Shown: one piece after another, positions 61,522-64,000 of the stretch
Position numbering within the stretch: position 1 is the stretch's first letter
How the letters are laid out: each line of letters begins with the position of its first letter
Source: a bacterium
GTDB lineage: Bacteria > Patescibacteriota > Minisyncoccia > Phycocordibacterales > UBA918
NCBI GenBank assembly: GCA_043719295.1
Contig: JAYSUD010000005.1
Span: 98,077-162,076 of the forward strand
Length of the DNA stretch: 64,000 bases
Direction: 5' to 3'
Translations under genes and position numbers: made by a program
The notes under the pieces: generated by a model
The model's database searches: none
Told to the model about the DNA's origin: nothing
Seen by the model: only the letters and a program-made list of their open reading frames with translations

Positions 61522-61713
61522 ATGAAAACAAACAAGTCATATACCAAACGTCTGAAAGTAACTAAAAACGGTAAGATTATTGCTCGAAAAGCAGGTCAAA
61601 ACCACTTTAATGCACGACAGACTGGACAACAGCGACTTCGCCGAAAGCGAACACAGCTCTTGAACCTTTCAAAGAGAATTACCCGTCGTTTCCTTCCAAG
61701 TACCGGTGCGTAA
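61522..61713 (+). CDS. rpmI: 50S ribosomal protein L35
   Basis: MKTNKS..KR.KVT..GK; between infC and rplT. Confidence 0.92.
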   Translation: MKTNKSYTKRLKVTKNGKIIARKAGQNHFNARQTGQQRLRRKRTQLLNLSKRITRRFLPSTGA

Positions 61714-61747
61714 GCGTTTATCAGTTAATTAATCTAATACCAATACT

Positions 61748-62092
61748 ATGTCACGAGTAAAAGGAGGAATCATGGCCGCAAAACGCCGCCGAAATATCCT
61801 CGAACAAGTAAAAGGCTACCGATTCGGTCGTGGAACCAAGAAGCGACAAGCACGTGAAGCTATCTACCATGCACAACTGCACTCTTTTGCGCACCGTAAA
61901 GATAAAAAGAATGACTTCCGTCGACTTTGGATCTCACGAATCAACGCAGCACTCCAAGGACACGAAATGAAGTACAGCATCTTCATCAATACGCTATTAA
62001 AGAAAGAAATCAAACTCGACCGAAAGGTACTTGCAACACTCGCAAACGAACGCCCAGAAGCATTCAACCGAGTAATCGCGCAGGTTAAATAA
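61748..62092 (+). CDS. rplT: 50S ribosomal protein L20
   Basis: MSRVKGG, KGY, FRRLWI.RINAA, LDRKVLA. Confidence 0.96.
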   Translation: MSRVKGGIMAAKRRRNILEQVKGYRFGRGTKKRQAREAIYHAQLHSFAHRKDKKNDFRRLWISRINAALQGHEMKYSIFINTLLKKEIKLDRKVLATLANERPEAFNRVIAQVK

Positions 62093-62110
62093 TTCACTTC
62101 TAACGATATA

Positions 62111-62140
62111 AAAAGCAACATCCTTTGGGATGTTGCTTTT
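62111..62140. terminator. bidirectional terminator
   Basis: aaaagcaacatcc-tttg-ggatgttgctttt. Confidence 0.7.
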
Positions 62141-62170
62141 TATTTTATTGGTTTTTCTCTTTGACTCATT

Positions 62171-63532
62171 TCAGAACTCAATCTCCACTTCTTGATTGAG
62201 ACTTGGCGCAACTGCGTTAAGTCCTAGGTAATCTCGCAAACGTTGGACTAAAAACAATGACGATTTCTCTTCACCCATAGTGACGAAGATTTGTTTTGCT
62301 TTATCTTTACCCCCTGCCACAGTTTCAAGTAATTGGTCACGGTCGGCGTGGCCTGAAAATCCACGTATCATAGCAATCTCAGCTTTTACTTTTACAAACT
62401 CCCCATCAATATTTACCTTCTTCGCACCGTCACTTAAAATGCGCCCAAGACTTCCAAGTGCCTGATATCCCACAAGTAACACTGTGGTGTTTTTGTCATC
62501 GAGGTAGTTCTTCTCGTGCATACGAATTCGCCCTCCGTGACTCATGCCACTTCCTGCGATAATTATCTTTGCTCCTTTGTGGTTTTTTATTTCTTGTGAA
62601 TCTTTAACTCCTTTAGTGAACGATAGTCCCTCAAAATCGAAAATATCATCACCTGCTTTAATCTGTTCTTGTACTTCAGTCTTTAAGTACTCAGTATATT
62701 TTCGATAGACATCGGTGACCGTAATGGCTAAGGGCGAATCTAAGAAAACCGGCAGGGGTTCAATGAGTCCTTGCTCTACCATGTTGTTTATTTCAAGGAG
62801 CATCCCTTGAGTACGCTCAAGTGAAAAAGCTGGAATAATGAGTGTTCCCCCTCTTTTCTGTGTGGCGACAATATACTGCTGTAAAAGTGAAGAGCGTTCT
62901 TTTACTTCTTCGTGCACACGGTCACCATAGACACTTTCCATGACCATGTACTCATACTCACTTGGGATAACGGGTGCGTTTAGAAGTGGTTGCGGGATAT
63001 TTCCTATGTCTCCAGTAAATACAATCTTCTTTCCTTCCTTTTGTAGATGTACCATCCCTGAACCAAGAATGTGTCCTGCATCGGTGTAGTGCATAGTAAC
63101 ACCATCTTTGAGGGTAACTTCTTCATTATATGAGACACGTCGCCAAAGCGTTACTGCCATATCAATATCTTCAGTGCCATAAATCACTTTACTTCCATAT
63201 TTTTCTTTTTCATATTCCATTACCTTGAGTGCGTCGCGGAGCATAATGTGTGCCAAGTCAAAGGTTGGAAACGTGGAATAAATAGTTCCTCTAAAGCCAT
63301 CTTTTACCAGTTTCGGGATACGACCAATGTGGTCAGCGTGTGCGTGAGTAACCAATAAGAAATCAATGTCAGCTGGATTATAGACAAATGGAAGCGCGTT
63401 ACTTTCTTGTACAAACCGATCTCCTTGCACCAGTCCACAATCAACTAAAATTGCAACGTTCCCTGTATCAAGTAAAAAGTTAGCCCCTGTTACACTCCCT
63501 ACTCCTCCATAAAAACCCAATGTTGATGACAT
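62171..63532 (-). CDS. beta-CASP metallo-beta-lactamase ribonuclease
   Basis: THAHADH.G, AGHILGS, GD.G, ES.YG, IPAFSLER.Q, AGSGM..GGRI, FSGHAD. Confidence 0.93.
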   Translation of the reverse strand: MSSTLGFYGGVGSVTGANFLLDTGNVAILVDCGLVQGDRFVQESNALPFVYNPADIDFLLVTHAHADHIGRIPKLVKDGFRGTIYSTFPTFDLAHIMLRDALKVMEYEKEKYGSKVIYGTEDIDMAVTLWRRVSYNEEVTLKDGVTMHYTDAGHILGSGMVHLQKEGKKIVFTGDIGNIPQPLLNAPVIPSEYEYMVMESVYGDRVHEEVKERSSLLQQYIVATQKRGGTLIIPAFSLERTQGMLLEINNMVEQGLIEPLPVFLDSPLAITVTDVYRKYTEYLKTEVQEQIKAGDDIFDFEGLSFTKGVKDSQEIKNHKGAKIIIAGSGMSHGGRIRMHEKNYLDDKNTTVLLVGYQALGSLGRILSDGAKKVNIDGEFVKVKAEIAMIRGFSGHADRDQLLETVAGGKDKAKQIFVTMGEEKSSLFLVQRLRDYLGLNAVAPSLNQEVEIEF

Positions 63533-63538
63533 GCGCTA

Positions 63539-63916
63539 TTATTTTAAATTACGTAAACTAGAACCTACATAATACCCTACCACTGCACCACATAAGCCCA
63601 TGAGCATATCGAGTACTGTGTCAGAAACAAAGGTGTCTTCAATAGGCACGCCCGCAAAGTATTCAAAAACCTCCCAAGCTACTGCTGTAAGTAACACAAA
63701 GAAAACAATCTTAGAGAGGGTAAGTAAACTGCTTTTGATAATACGCAAATCAGCAAGCGTAAATAAACCGAGCGCAACAACTACTCCACCAAACAAATGC
63801 ATTGCAATATCAAACCACCAGAAGTGCCAATACAATGACAGTGTTAGGGCAATTTGATGCAATACCGCAAGCATTGAAAATGCTATGAGAAAAAAGGTTG
63901 TCGTAATCTGTACCAT
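63539..63916 (-). CDS. membrane protein (D..MH..GG / WE.FE / DT..D pattern)
   Basis: Four TM segments with conserved H, E and D residues. Confidence 0.75.
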   Translation of the reverse strand: MVQITTTFFLIAFSMLAVLHQIALTLSLYWHFWWFDIAMHLFGGVVVALGLFTLADLRIIKSSLLTLSKIVFFVLLTAVAWEVFEYFAGVPIEDTFVSDTVLDMLMGLCGAVVGYYVGSSLRNLK

Positions 63917-64000
63917 GTTCTCATTCTACCATACGAAAAAATGTGTAAAATAAGGAGCGTAGCGAATATATTTTTCATACGTATAATTTTTTATTTCTAA

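Overview
AT-rich bacterial chromosome segment, genetic code 11, that looks like Patescibacteria/CPR (Parcubacteria-like; inferred from gene content and protein style). It carries housekeeping genes (gatA, gatC, ligA, recQ, recG, ftsH, smpB, tmRNA, infC-rpmI-rplT), a type IV pilus/competence locus interrupted by two toxin-antitoxin pairs, several surface proteins, a GC-richer patch of orphan genes and a pyrD-like/pyrC pair. The most unusual content centres on the six tRNA genes and the tmRNA. tRNA-Asp(GUC) is split by an ORF-less group I intron inside the anticodon. There is a tRNA-Ser with anticodon ACU in addition to Ser(GCU), and a tRNA-Ile with anticodon UAU. Four free-standing LAGLIDADG(-like) genes each sit next to a tRNA. 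Four tRNAs and the tmRNA are followed by structured elements that contain an antisense copy, and usually also a sense copy, of that same gene's 3' end, built on shared hairpin scaffolds. Several families of dispersed palindromic repeats occupy intergenic spaces. All calls come from reading the sequence by eye; no database searches or folding programs were run.
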